A DNA stretch of 64,000 nucleotides from Mobula hypostoma. Its lineage: Eukaryota. The stretch lies in the NCBI RefSeq assembly GCF_963921235.1, contig NC_086108.1:96474001-96538000 (forward strand), read 5' to 3'. Each line of letters starts with the position of its first letter. Position 1 is the stretch's first letter. A model generated the notes under the pieces. It saw only the letters and a program-made list of their open reading frames with translations, was not told the DNA's origin and ran no database searches. Positions 27,266-41,609 of the stretch are shown here, piece after piece. The position numbers were made by a program, and so were the translations under genes.

Positions 27266-30200
27266 TGCCTGTGCCACATGCCAGCGAGGGCAGAAACAGG
27301 ATGATTTGGCAGATAAATGCATGGTTGAGAAGTTGGTGCAGCGGGCAGGGCTTTAGGTTCTTGGATAATTGGGATCTCTTCTGCGGGAGTTATGACCTGT
27401 TCAAAAGTGACGGGTTGCACCCAAACCCGAGGGGGAATCAATATTCTCCCGGACAGGTTTGTTAGAGCTATTGAGGAGGGTTTAAACTAACTTGGTAGGA
27501 GGGTGGGAGCTGGAGTGAAGGAACTCACTAAAGGACGGATGGTAAAAAAGTAAAGGTAGCGTGCAGTCAGATTGTCAGGAAGGGCAAGCAGGTGATGGGA
27601 CTTAGTTGTAGCCAACAGGCTAAGTATCAAATCATTAGGGATGCAGAGTCAGAAAGGACAACAAATACGGTACTCAAGGTGTTATATCTAAATCCACATA
27701 GTATAAGAAATAAGGTGGATGATCTTGCTGCAATATTACAGTTTGCCATGTATGATGTTGTGGCCGTCACTGAATCGTGGCTGAAGGATGGTTGTAGTTG
27801 GGAACTGAATGTCCAAGGTTGCACATTATATCAAGAGGGATAGGAAGGTAGACAGAGGGGGTGGTGTGGTTCTACTGGTAAGGAATGGCATCAAATCAGT
27901 ACAAAGATGTGACGTAGGATCGGAAGATGTTGAATCCTTGTGGGTTGAGCTAAGAAACTGCAAGGGTAAAAGGACATTGTCGGCAGTTATATACAGGCCT
28001 CCCAACAGTAGATGGGAGGTGGACCACAGGTTACAACAGGAAATAGAAAAGGCGAGTTAAAAGGGCAATGTTATGGTAGTCATGTGAGATTTTAACATGT
28101 AGGTCGATTGGGAAAATCAGGCTGATAATGGATCACAAGAGAGTGAGTTTGTTGAATGCCTAAGAGATAGCTTTTTAGAGTAGTTTGTCGTTGAGCCTAC
28201 TAGGGGATCAGCTATACTGGGATTGGGTGTTATGTAATGAACCGGAGGCGATTAGGGTAAAAGAACCCTTAGGAACCAGTGATCACAATATGATTGTGTT
28301 CAACTTGAAATTTGACAGGGAGAAGTAAAGTCTGATGTAGCAGTATTTCAATGGAATGAGGGAAATTAGAGTGGTGTGAGAGAGGAGTTGGCCAGAGTAA
28401 TTTGGAAGGAGCTGCTGGCAGGGATGTCAGCAGAGCAGCAATGGCTTGTTTCTAGGAAAAAAGAGGAAGGTACAGGACATGTGTATTCCTAAAATGAAAA
28501 AATACTCAAATGGTAAAATAATACAACTGTGGCTGACAAGGGAAGTCAAAGCTATTGTAAAAGCAAAAGGAAGGGCATACAACAGAGCAAAAACTAGAGC
28601 ATTGGGAAGTTTTTAAAAACCTACAGATTTTAAAAAAATATATCATTAGAAGGGAAAAGACTCTATGAAAGCAAGCTAGCAAATAATATCAAAGTGGATA
28701 GTAAAAATTTTTTCAAGTATGTTAAAAAATAAATGAGAAATGAGAGTGGATCTAAGACCACTAGAAAATGAGGCGGGAGAAATAACAAAGGGGGACGAGG
28801 AGATTGCAGATGAACTAAATGAGTATTTTGCGAAGACACGAGCAGTATGCCTGATGTTGTAGTGTGTGAAGGAAGAGAAGTGGGTGCAGTTACAAGAGAG
28901 AAGGTGCTCAAAAAGCTGAAAGACCTAAAGGTACATAAGTCACCCGGACTAGAGGAACTGTACCCTCGGATTCTGAAAGAGGTAGTGTTAGAGATTGTGG
29001 TGGCATTAGAAATGATCTTTCAAAAATCATTGCACTCTGGCATGGTGCCAGAGGACTGGAAAAATTGCAAATGTTACTCCACTCTTTAAGAAAAGAGGAA
29101 GACAGCAGAAAGGAAATTATAGACAAGTTAGCCTCAGTGGTTGGGAACATGCTGGAGTCAATTGTTACGGATGAGTTGATGGAGTACTTGGTGACACAGG
29201 ACAAGATAGTACAAAGTCAGCGTGGTTTCCTTCAAGGAAAATTCTACCTGACGAACCTGTTGGAATTCTTTGAGGAGATTACAAATAGGATGGATAAAGG
29301 GAATGCAGATGATGTTGTGTATTTGGACTTTCAGAAGGCCTTTGACGAGGGGCCACACACGACACTGCTTACCAAATTAAGAGCCCATGGTATTACAGGA
29401 AAGTTACTAACATGATTAGAGCATTGGCTGATTGGTAGGAGGCAGTGAGTGGAAATAAAAGTTTCCTTTTCTAGTTGGCTGCCAGTGACTAGTGGTGTTC
29501 TGCAAGGGTCGGTTTTGGGACCACTTCTTTTTATGCTGTATATAAGTGACTTAAATGATGGGATAGATGGCTTTGTTGCCAAGTTTGCAGATGATATGAA
29601 AACTGGTGGAGGGTCAGGTAGTGTTGAGGAAACAGGTAGGATGCAGAAGGACTTAGACAGTTAGGAGATTGGGCAAGAAAGAGGCAAATGAAATACAATG
29701 TTGGAAAATGCATGGTCACGCACTTTGGAAGTAGAAATAAATGTACCGATTATTTTCTAAATGGGGAGAAAATCCAGGAATCTGAGATGCAGAGGGACTT
29801 GGGAGTCCTTGTGCAGAACACCCTGAAGGTTAACTTGCAGGTTGAGTCAATGGTGAGGAAGGCAAATGCCATGATAGCATTCATTTCAAGAGGTCTAGAA
29901 TACAAGAGCAAGGATGTGATGCTGAGGCTTTATAAGGCACTGGTGAGGCCTCACCTTGAGTATTGTGAACAGTTTCAGGCCCCTCATCTTAGAAAAGATG
30001 AGCTGGCATTGGAGAGGGTCCAGGGGAGGTTCACAAGGATGATTTCAGGAATGAAAGGGCTTATCATATGAGGAACGTTTGATGGCTCTGGGTCTGTACT
30101 CGCTGGCATTCAGAAGGATGAGGGAGGATCTAATTGAAACCTTTCAAATGTTGAAAGGCCTAGACAGAGTAGATGCAGAAAGGATGTTTCCCATGGTAGA

Positions 30201-30516
30201 AGAGTCTAGGACAAGAGGGCATAGTCTCAGGATAGAAGGGCGCCCTTTCAAAACAGAGACGCGGAGAAATTTCTTTAGCCAAAGGGTGGCGAATTTTGGA
30301 ATTTGTTGCCACATGCAGCTGCGGAGGCCAGGTCGTTGGGCATAACTAAGGCAGAGATTGATGAGTTCTTGATTGAACATGACATCAAAGGTTACGGGGG
30401 GAAGGCCAGAAACTGGGGTTGAGGAGGAGATAGAAAAATAGGATCAGCCATGATTGAATGGTAGAGCAGACTTGATGGGCCAGATGGCCTAATTCTGCTC
30501 CTATGTCTTATGGTCT
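27266..30516 (+). mobile_element. CR1 LINE, 5'-truncated within the ORF1 esterase, full but disrupted ORF2
   Basis: ORFs 27271 (INAWLRSWC..GFRFLDNW), 27592 (YLN..SIRNK, VTESWL), 29065, 29449 (KFADD), 29688, 30079; tail ctatgtcttatggtct; target duplication aaaaagtcac (27256-27265) / aaaaagtgac (30517-30526). Confidence 0.93.
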
Positions 30517-30605
30517 AAAAAGTGACACAACAGCGAGTATAAATCAGCGAGTTTGTTATGTTATGTCTCCTCTCTCACTGTGAAACGGGGATATCCTTTT
30601 TCCCC

Positions 30606-30681
<76 letters not shown>
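30606..30681. repeat. Compound microsatellite (GATA)n(TA)n(GA)n
   Basis: Directly visible. Confidence 0.98.
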
Positions 30682-33014
30682 TGTCAAATTACCAGGTGAA
30701 CGAATAGTTTTTGGGGTACTGCAAGTCTGTATCTTTATTGACATTTTGCTGCATGCTTGAGTGCTCAATGGCTTTGGGGTTCTAACATTTAACTGCTATT
30801 CATTCTTTGGGGCACTCCTCCATTTTCATGGATGTTTGCGAAGAAAAAGAATTTCAGGATGTACATTGTATACATTTCTCCGACATTAAATGTACCTATT
30901 GTTGGTTTTTAAAAGCTTCCCAATCCTCTAACTTCCCACTAACTTTTGCTCTATTATATGCCCTCTCTTTGACTATTACGTTGCCTTTGACTTCTCTTGT
31001 TAGCCATGGTTCTGTCACCTTGCCTTTAGAATACTTCTTCCTCTTTGGGATATATATATTCTGTGCCTCCTGAATTGGTTTCAGAAAGTCCAGCCATTGC
31101 TGCTGCCCTTTTCCAATCAATTTTGGCCAGTTCCTCTCTCATGCTTCAGTAATTCCCTTTACTCCACTGTAATACTGATGCACCTGACTTCCGCTTCTCT
31201 TTCTCAAATTTCAGGGTGAACTTTATCATATTATGATCACTTGCCCCCAAGGGTTCTTTTACCTTAAGCTCTCTAATCAATTCTGGTTCATTCCACAACA
31301 CTTTGGGTTCTCACTGCTGAAAAGCCACAATGCAGCAGCAGCTTCAAAATATTAGAAAAAAAAAATAGATTTCTGAAACAGCTGCAAAAAAAATTCTATG
31401 GACAAGCATGAGCTCCAACTTACTGCAGATGGCAAGCTTTTAATCAACAAAATCCCACTAAAGCCTTAGCTAAATTCCTGAAGAAATGCTAACTAATTTC
31501 ATCATAGGACAAGAGGGAAAAACCTGAAAGTAAACATCTCAAGCCACTTCTTTCACCTCTAGAGGATTCATTAGTCTGTTGCAGGTTTTTCTGGGATTAT
31601 GCCTTTCCATTTTTATTTTACATGGGATCGTGGTGCCACTGACCTTGACACACAACTCTAATAGCCTTGTGTTGCTTGCTAGATCCTTTCAGAGGGTAAT
31701 TAAGAGGACTGGGAGTTTAGAATCACCAAAAAGGCAGACCTAAGAATAACAGTAAATGCCCTTCATTGAAAAATATCAATCAATCAGTTGGGCTTTCACA
31801 AGTCCCCTGGACACTATTAATGTTCTTCCTTTTATTTCCAGTCTGATATGGGATCTGAGCTCAGCTCCAAATCAACAGACCAACAATTACTATAATATAA
31901 TGCTATACAGTAATCACATCCCATGGATAGCATGAAGAGACCGCAGAGAAAAATGCACAAGTTATTTGGATTTAGTTTTTAAAAGAATGCAGGATCAGTA
32001 TTATTTATGCATCTTTGCAACAACCTAGTTGAGCATTACAAGGACTACTGAACAAAAATAGTTACCATACTATAAAATAAGCATATTTTAATGTTGCAAA
32101 AGGATCATATTAAATATCAAATTGCAATTATCTAAAATCAAAAGAAAACTAGAGATGCTGGAAATCTGAAAAGAATATGTTGGACATGTCCAAGTCAAAA
32201 AGCAACACCTGTGGAGGTTGAAACCAAGTTAATGCTTCAAGTAGGAACTGTTAGAACTTAACTCAGATTCTATATTCACAGATGTTCCTTGACCAAGCAT
32301 TCCCTGCTTTAAAAAAAATGACAAAACTAGCTACACCATTAAAAGGGACAGAAAATGACCAGACACAAGCTTTCAAACAATTGTTTACATCCCGAAAATG
32401 ATCGAAATTAATGAAGTTGATATGATAATTTTCATGTGCTCCAGACTTGAATATTTTCCTAGTGCGAAAGGATGGACTCCTGACCTTAGAATTCAAGCTC
32501 TGAGCTTGCATCTTACTGTCTACATGTGCTGTACTTCATCTGACTGTAACACTTTATTTTACACTCACTGTTTTACCTTACACTACCTCAATCAACTGTT
32601 GTAAGAAATTGTTCTATAACCTTGCAAGACAAGGTTTTCACTGTATCAATGTACATGTAACAATAATTAAACAAATTTACTCCCAATCAAAAATCAGATT
32701 CATCCTCAACAATTTTTAGTGACCAAATGAATCTGATTTCTTTATTTACTGGTCAACAACATGCTGACCAAACTCCAGTTCTACATTTGTAGTCATTTTA
32801 ACATTTTGTCAATAGTTTGAAGAGTTAATCAATAAAAGGAGACAAAATGCTAAATAAGCCTTCCAAAATAAAATTATATCTTATAATCAGTATGAAAGTA
32901 ATTACAAAATTGTTATAAATTGAAATGGAATACATTGAAGTAGAACAAGTATCTTGGCCAGTAAAGATACATAGATGGAATTGCAAAGACTTCAGAAGTG
33001 TTAACCATCCAAAT

Positions 33015-33115
33015 TACTTGATGAAGGGTCTCGGCCCAATACGTTGACTGTTTGTTCATTCCCGTTGATGCTGCCTGACCTGCTGAGTTTCTCCAGCATT
33101 TTGTATGTGTTGCTC
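33015..33115 (+). mobile_element. Penelope-derived terminal fragment beginning at a degenerate hammerhead
   Basis: ttgatgaagggtctcggcccaatacgttgactg..gatgctgcctgacctgctgagtttctccagcattttg. Confidence 0.75.
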
Positions 33116-34559
33116 TACCTAACCTTTGGCAATATACTTTCAGTCAACATATAGAGGGTGCATTAAACAGGTCACCAATACTGTACAAATGTGAACTTGT
33201 AATGGACATTGAAATGAAAACTGGCTGACAGTTCTTTAACATAGTCAATTTGTGATAGATTAGCATCCATTTTTAAATTAATTTTCAGCATTTGGAAGTC
33301 ATTAGTATGGTCAACATTTACCGCAAATCCTTAATTTCCCTCATGGCAGTGGTGAGTTACTTCCTTGAACTGCTGTAATCCTTTTGGGGAAAGTATTCTT
33401 ACAATGCTTTGGGATAGGAAATTTCAAGATTTAGACCCAGCACTGAGTACAGACCTACAAAATGTCACGTTATGATTGTCCATGGCTGAGAAGTGAACCT
33501 GCAGGTGATGGTATTCCCATGTGCCTGCTGATGTTGTCTATGTTATTGGAAGCGGTTGTCAGTTTGGGAGGTGCTGTGAGAGTAACAAATAACTGCATGG
33601 ACAAATAATTGCAATACATATTGTTTATAGTACAAGCTTCAACCACTCGGGGTGTCAATCAGGTAGGCCACTTTGCCCTCAATGGCCTTTGCTTTGAGTT
33701 CCTTGCAGTGCACTCATCCAGGGTGGTGTGGATTATTTCACCTGTAGAACCCAATAATATGCGTTGTAGATGATGGGAAAAGATTTGGGATGTCAGGAAG
33801 CAAGTCACTAGTCACAGGATACCAAGCCTGATCTGCTTATGGCTACAGCATTTTTTGGCTGGTCCGATTGAGTTTCTAGTCAATAGTGATCTACAGATAT
33901 TGATAATGTGAGTGTACATTGATGGTAATACCAATAAGTATCAAAGGTAGATGGTTAGACACTTATTTGTCTGAGACTATCAATGCCTTCATCCCTGTTA
34001 CTTAACAGATCATGACCAAATGTTGTCTAAGTCTTGTTGTATGCTTCATATGCTGATTTGCAAAACATTGTGCATCCTTTACCAAATCCCCTTACTGCTG
34101 ATATATGACTGAAGGAAAGTCACTGATAAAGCAGCTAAAAATGGTTGAATCTCAGACACCGCCCTGAGGAATTCCTGCAATTCCAACAAAAGGCATTCAA
34201 CCTGAAACATTAACTGTTTCTCTTCCCACAGATATGGCTTCTCGACATGAATATTTCCAGTATTTATCCTGCACTGATGTCCAGGGACTGCAAGGCTTTT
34301 GATTAAGGCTACTAAATAATAACATTTTTTCTTTTTTTTAATTCCTTATATGAAACCTATTTGTTATTTGTTATAGATGCTTTAGTTACACCAGATTCTG
34401 CCTGCGGCAAATTCAGTTAGAGTACTATCTTTCACAAGGCCCTGGATAGTCAGCAAGATCATTGTTTCTTCCACTCTGTTTCCTTGGGACATCAGCCAGA
34501 CAAACCGTACAGTCTCAGTTGCTGCTGCAGGGCTCAGTTAACTAACTACAGGATAAGCA

Positions 34560-35135
34560 GAGTACTAAGTACAGGAGTTGGGATATTATTTTGAAATTGT
34601 GTAACATGCCGGTGAGGCCAAATTTGGTGTATGGTGTGCAGATCTCGTCATCTACCTACAGAATTATATCAATAAGATTGAAAGAGTACAGAAAAAATTT
34701 ACAAAGATGTTACCAAGACTTCAGGACCTACGTTACAGGGAAAAATTGAATCTATTAGGACTTTTATCTCTGGAGTGTAGAAGAATGGGAGGAGATTTGA
34801 TAGAGGTATGCAAAACTATGAGGTATTGATAGGGTTTTTCCCACTGAGATCGAGCAAGACAAGAACTGGAAGTCATAGGTTTAGAATGAAAGGTGAAATA
34901 TTTAAGAGGAACTTGAGGGAACTTCTTCACTCAGAGGGTGGTGAAAGTATCCAATGAGTTGCCAGCCAAAGTGGTGGATATGGATTTGATTGCAACATTT
35001 AAGAGAAGTTTGGATCAGTGCATGAATGGGAGGGGTGTGGGGGGGCTATGGTCCAGGTGCGGGGTCAATGAAGCTAGGCAGAACAACAGTTCAGCATGGA
35101 CTAGATGGGCTGTAGTGTTCTACGGGTACTATGTA
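34560..35135 (+). mobile_element. CR1 LINE 3' fragment
   Basis: Decayed similarity to the ORF2 C-terminus (aacttcttcactcagagggtggtg). Confidence 0.8.
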
Positions 35136-36282
35136 ACTTACATTTACTCACTCAACTATCATGCAAGCCTAATCTCTCAAAGTGAATTAGATTTGAAGAC
35201 TTATTTCTGTGGTTTTGGAGACCAGAAGAAACAACTGAACTTCTACTGCATTATCCTAATTCTGGCAATATGTACATTAATAGCTGAATCAAACATTTGA
35301 AGTTTTTGATCTCCTTTCAATGAACAAGTTAATGTGAGCAAGTCACCAAGAAGCTTGCCAGTTTGCTAATGATACAAATTATAGGCTTGAAAAAAAAAGG
35401 GGAGAAATATCCTAGTAAAATAGCCCTCAAACAGAGGCATCTTTTTCCAGTATTGATTAATGTTTTCAATAGTCACTGTTAAGAGGTCAAGGTAGACTCA
35501 AAGTCAGCCAATAATTTTTCATGAATTTCTTTTGGTTCTTTGTTCACTGCAACAGAATTCTAAATGAAGGTCTATATGTAAACAAAAATCAAAAGTGCAA
35601 AAATTTTCAAAAAGCATTCAGTGTTCAAATCTAATTCTATTTGAGAGAGATTGGGCTGTCATGAGATGGAAGTGAATGTACTCAACAGACCAAAAAAACA
35701 TCAGTATTTATCCTGAGTCTACTAATAGCCAATGAATTCTGCTGTAGAGCCTGAGTCAATAGAATTTATCTGGCTTCCATCTCAGGGATATAAAGTGAAA
35801 GAAAATGGTCTTACTGAAAAGTAGTACTCCATAATATGTGAGACTTGGCTGAACTGAGGCTTCACTGAGGCCAAGCTCCTTCCAGTCTGTCCAGGACCAA
35901 TGAAGGAGAAAAGATTACCAGTCTTATAAGGTGTGCAAGTTAATCCTTCAAGTGAGAGGGAGGAAATTGAGAGAAACAGAAAAAATTTCTAATGTAATTT
36001 TGGTATTGATTTTTTACAACTTAGAGCAAACTATATGTATTTTTAGCCAAAGTAACATCCAGTAGCATTTTACTCTACACCTCGGGTTCTTCTATAACTA
36101 AAGGAGTGTGAGTGCATTTTTATTAAAATTACACCTCCATCTTTAGTCAAGTTAATTCTACAACTGAACAGAGAAACAATTATTTTAACAATTAATTATT
36201 GAATAAATCAGTTCAAAAAACCTTAATATAAACATAAATGATGTTTCCTATTATCAATTTAATCCAAAATTTCATTTACCTA

Positions 36283-36627
<345 letters not shown>

Positions 36628-37199
36628 TTAGATACCAATAAATATTTTTTACTGTAGATAAAATACAAAAAGTAAAAATTATACACATCAGCAGCACATC
36701 AACACATATTTGGCATGCCGTATTAAAAAAAAGGAGAGATTTAAACTGCAGTTTACTGTGCTGGTGCCAAGGTATCTGATAGTTGCTTCCAGAAATAAAG
36801 CAGAAAAAGAAAAGCAGGTGGATTTTGTTAAAAACAATATACCTTAATGTAAATCATACTATAGAATGCAAATTAAAAGCTATCTGAATTCCTCCAGCAA
36901 TAACAATGTTTCTTGTGTTCAGATGGAATAAAACTATCAATAGAAGCAAGTTATATTGAACTAAGGCAGTTCTATTTAACAACAAAGAAAAAAAGCTCAT
37001 TGTTTACTGATGTCGAGAAGAAGCTGTACAGGTTCAAAACTAAATTAACATATAAAATTAGAGCTAAAATAAAAAAATACACTCATTCTGCCATTGGATG
37101 GCAGACCACACACTAAAATGCAGTCACTGAAACAAAAGAAATTTACAACAGTAAATGAAAATTTGATTCAATCAAGGAAAGAAAAATGTTACTTATTGC

Positions 37200-37725
37200 T
37201 TTTCAAAGTTCAAAGTAAATTTATTATCAAAGTAGATGTATGCCACCATATACAATCTCGGGAGCATACACACCAGATCCAAGAATCACAATAGAATCAA
37301 TGGAAGACTGCACCCAACAGAATGGACCAACATTCAATGAGCAAAACAACAAACTGTGCAAATACAAAAAGAAAAATAAATAATAATAATAATAAATAAA
37401 CAGTAAACATTGAGAACATGAGATGAAGAGTCCTTGAAAGTGAGGTCCATAGGTTGTGGGAACAATTCAGTGATGGGGCAAGTGAAGGCATCCCCTCTGG
37501 TTCAAGAACCAGAGCGTTGCAGGGTAATAACTAGTCCTGAACTTGGTGGTGTGGGTCCTAGGTTCCTGTATCTTCTTCCTGATAGCAGCAATGAGAATGG
37601 AACATGGCCTGGCTGGTGGCAGGAGGTCCCTGATGATGGATCCTGCTTTCCTGTGACAATGTTCCTTGTAGGTGCACACAATGCAGAGGAGAGCTTTATC
37701 TGTGATGGACTGGGTGATGCAACTG
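37200..37725 (-). mobile_element. Rex1/Babar LINE 3' fragment
   Basis: Tail ttcaaagttcaaagtaaatttatt; ORF 37467..37811 CHRKAGSIIRD..TTKFRTSYYP. Confidence 0.75.
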
Positions 37726-38039
37726 CTGTAGTTGGATATTACACAGTACTTCCCACCATGAACTTTCAAAATGTGATCACTCTTCTCATTGGGGAAACAA
37801 AAAAAATCCAATTCAACCAGTAAGATGTGAAGAATAGAAAAGTGATAAGGCCTGGATTTTTTTTAATGCATTTTTACTGTGGGACAAATATTGATTAGGA
37901 CACTGAAACTGTAAGGAATGGTGAAAGAAGTCTTGAGTAGTGCTAAGAAACCACTAAAATTGTACAGATGTAATTGTAGTGTCTGAATATTAAAGACAGA
38001 GGCATTTTGGACCACACTTCTGTTTCACCAATCTCATTC

Positions 38040-38595
38040 ACCAATAGTAATTCCATAGCCTCCTATGCCTTGCCACACATGTTACGAGTCTGTCTCCACC
38101 TCCCTCTCAGCCAGTGCACTCCAAAATATAACGACCGTGTACTAAAATTTCTTCCTTCTCTCACCTGTACCTAAAGACCAAGGTAACATGTTTGAACAAC
38201 TGGCGTCCTGTTGCACTCACCTCAATAATAAGCAAATGCTTGGAGGCGGGTCAAGGACTATATCTGTAGCATGCTACCATCCACACTGGACCTCCCCCAC
38301 AATTCACCTACCAACAACAAATTGACAGATGATGCAATAGCCACGGCTCTACACACCGTCCTTACACATCCGGAGAAGAAGATACTTATGTGAGAATACT
38401 GTTCTTGGACTACAGTTCAGCATTCAAAACCATAATTCCTTCCAAGCTTGACAAGAAGCACAGAGACCTCAGCCTTCACCCTATCTTGTGCATCTGGATC
38501 CTGGACTTCCTGTCAAATCGCCAGCAGGTAGTATGAGTGGGCTTCCTCACCTCTGCCCCTCTGACCTTCACACAGGTGCCCCCTCCTTTACTTCT
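38040..38595 (+). mobile_element. Rex1/Babar LINE RT fragment
   Basis: Relic segments gtgagaatactgttcttggactacagttcagcattc (VRILFLDYSSAF) and tggatcctggacttcctg (WILDFL). Confidence 0.75.
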
Positions 38596-38599
38596 CTGT

Positions 38600-40031
38600 A
38601 TACCTGGGAACAACTTCACTGCCTCAGCAGAGGATTCAGGTGGATTTTGTCAGACCATTCACAGGCACAAATTTCTTGATAGTAATGGATACAGCTACAA
38701 AGTGGCCAGAACTGTACCCAATGGCTTCCATTGCAAACTTGCACACTGTTGATATGTTGAGAAATCTCTTCTCAAGAACTGATGCTCCAGGACACTCAGT
38801 GACAATGGACCAGTTTGTTGCAGAACAGTTTCAGTCATTACCGAAAATTAATGGAATAAGACATTATATCCGCTCTGTACCACTCAGCTACAAATGGCTT
38901 GATGGAAAGGTTTGTCCATAATCTAAATAACACACTGCAAGCCATGTCAGCAGAACATACTACACTGAATCAGAGGCTTGCCAATTTCCTCTTTGCATAT
39001 TGTAATGCAGCGAACTCCACAACCAACAACTCACCAGCTATGCTGTTCCTGGGTCATCCCTTGACCTCACACTTGGATCTCCTTAAACCCAGTCTCAGAA
39101 GGATGATACAGAACAAACAGCTGAAGCAAATTGAGGGGTCCTCAAACAAGGAGGTTCAATGTTTCACTTCTTGTCAAGCAGTCCTAGCAAAGGACTACAG
39201 AGATGATCAAAAGTGGTTACTTGGTAAGATTAGGGACAGAACTGAACCACTCTCCTACACAGTGGAAATTGTGTCTCATGTCATTTGATGATCAGTTGAG
39301 GAGAGTAGAATCAATTGTCAGAGGAGAAAGGTATCCAGAGCTGTCAGAACCACTTCCTGAAGTCCTGGAGTGAACTCCTAGAACGTCCACGGAGGAGGTC
39401 CCAGAACCTGAGATTGTTTCACAGCTACAAGTCTCCCCTGCCAAGCAGAGTGATCCACCCCGCTCCCTTGTCAAGAAAGACAATATCCCATAAGAGTAAG
39501 AAATCCTCCACAGCAATTAAATCTTCAGGCCTGATTGGGACAATTTAAAATTGACTATGCTGTGGATGTCTATTTTGTATATCCCTCCTCCTTCTCTTTC
39601 TCCTGTTGCTCACGCTCCTCTCCTATCAGATTCCTTCCTCTCCAGCCCTTTACCTTTCCTTCCCACCTGGCTTCACCCATCACCTTCTAGCTATCCTCCT
39701 TCCCCTCCCCTCCCCTCACCTCTTTATTCCGGCATCTTCCCCCTTCCTTTCCAGTCCTGAAGAAAGATCTTGGCCCCAAACATTGACTTGTTTATTCATT
39801 TCCATAGATGTTGCCTGACCTGCTGAGTTGTAGCTAAGCAGGGAGGAGTGTAGTACATTCACTATTTCAGTAATATTGTAAATAAGCTTTATTAATTCAT
39901 GTAAGTACATGAATGGCATTACGCCGCACATCATAAGTGAGCGCCTCACTAAAGAAAAACTAAGTAGACAAAACATATGCCGGCTCCTGTGTTTTTCTTT
40001 CAATTAGTTTCTGGAGTTATAAAACATAACG
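38600..40031 (+). mobile_element. Gypsy/Ty3 LTR retrotransposon 3' part: integrase relic, polypurine tract and 3' LTR (39849 to about 40031); interrupted by a Penelope fragment at about 39582-39828
   Basis: ORFs 38640..38921 (DFVRPFTGTNFLIVMDTATKWPE) and 38899..39288 (ERFV..LANFLFAY..SPAMLFLG..LDLLKP); agggaggag immediately followed by TGTAGT. Confidence 0.85.
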
Positions 40032-40707
40032 GGGAGGGAGCAGGGTCATTAACATCAAGCTCTGAATAACAGATATTGTTGAAGGATGGAAGACCATTTC
40101 TTAGACAAAGACAACTATAATAATTTCACGAGTGTTTGAAATTAAATCTGTTGTTCAGTCAGATGGTTTTCTGAAAGTACAAGAGTTGCCTTTAGTAAAC
40201 AGTCTACAATGCAGGTTGAAGAGAATATGTCAATTCGAGACAAAATGGACTTGGACTGCACTACAACGATTTGCAATAAAATGCTGTTAACCATGCTCTT
40301 TTCTTGGCATATTTATTTAAAGATGGCCATGGGGATGGGATAATGGTGATGCCAGAATGAGTATTAGTATATCTAGATGTTGAGTATTCATCAGTTTCAA
40401 AAATTATATTACTGGTACAAGAATTTAAGACTGGCTATCCACAATTTCATCTGCATTGCACCGCCAGAACTGCATATTGAAATATTAAATTATCTGTTCT
40501 ATTGGCATTTCATGATACATCAGGAAAAAAATATCATACTATGTTAGGTCTGTTTTCTTGATATGTCTGTCAGGGTCTCAGTAAATATGTCTGTAACTCT
40601 TCTACTAAAGCCTGATGCTGAATTACTTCACAAGGAAAACAGTTCCCATTAAAGGCCAAGAGCTAAAGAGAACGAGATTCACATCTCGGTATGCCAGAAA
40701 GCAATTA

Positions 40708-40923
<216 letters not shown>

Positions 40924-41609
40924 TTAAAAATCTTAATCTTTTCAATGAGTTTTCTTTATATGGTAATCAGTCTAAATCTAAGAAAATAATGCAATGCAAC
41001 TTTGACTTTAAAGCAGTTTTAATTTTAGACAGGTCATGTACTCATTAACATGAAAAGTTTAAACATACTGTAGAACAGGAACCAAACAGTAAAAGAATAC
41101 TTATTGTAATGTCCAACACAATTTTAGGGCCTTACAATGACAGAATCAAACCTCCTAGAAATTCATTCCTCAGCCACTTCCAAAACACCTTTCCATTATA
41201 TGCGAACAATGTGTTGACCCCTCATGGGTAAAGCACAGCAAGCTAAGATGCAGATTATCCATATCAATCCACAACGAAAAAGAAAAGTTCTTTAACAGTA
41301 ACACTAACAATGTATTCTAGCCAAGAAACCACCAATGATATCCAAAGGGAAAAGGTGAGGTTAAAACAGTAAGGAACAGAAAGTTGGATTCAAATTTTTC
41401 ACCAAAAGAAACTAGGTGTCATTTCATCTACCGAGATAATGGCCTATTTTGTAGCAGCCTCCAACCGAATGGACCGTTTTCCCACCTAAACAGACTTTTC
41501 TCTCTTGAATTTAAATCAAGGAACTTTGCTTCCTTTTGGATCCCAGTGATCTGCCCATGTACCAAAGGACAGAGCATGCACAAACAAATTTAGAAAAGGC
41601 ATATGCAGA

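Larger units (their letters stand above)
26869..30898 (+). mobile_element. Unclassified non-coding retroposon (about 0.77 kb net: 26869-27265 plus 30527-30898), interrupted by a CR1
   Basis: Interrupts the minus-strand CR1; ends aagaatttcaggatgtacattgtatac..acattaaatgtacc, resembling the Rex1-type tails in this window; no recognisable ORF. Confidence 0.6.
24700..31300 (-). mobile_element. Decayed CR1 LINE split into three pieces (24700-24808, 25193-26868, 30899-31300) by later insertions
   Basis: ORFs 25429..25629 (RPHLEYC), 25817..26095 (QGSVLGP), 30896..31120 (PWLTREVK); sequence is collinear across the insertions (gccttctg | ttggtttttaaaagc). Confidence 0.88.
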
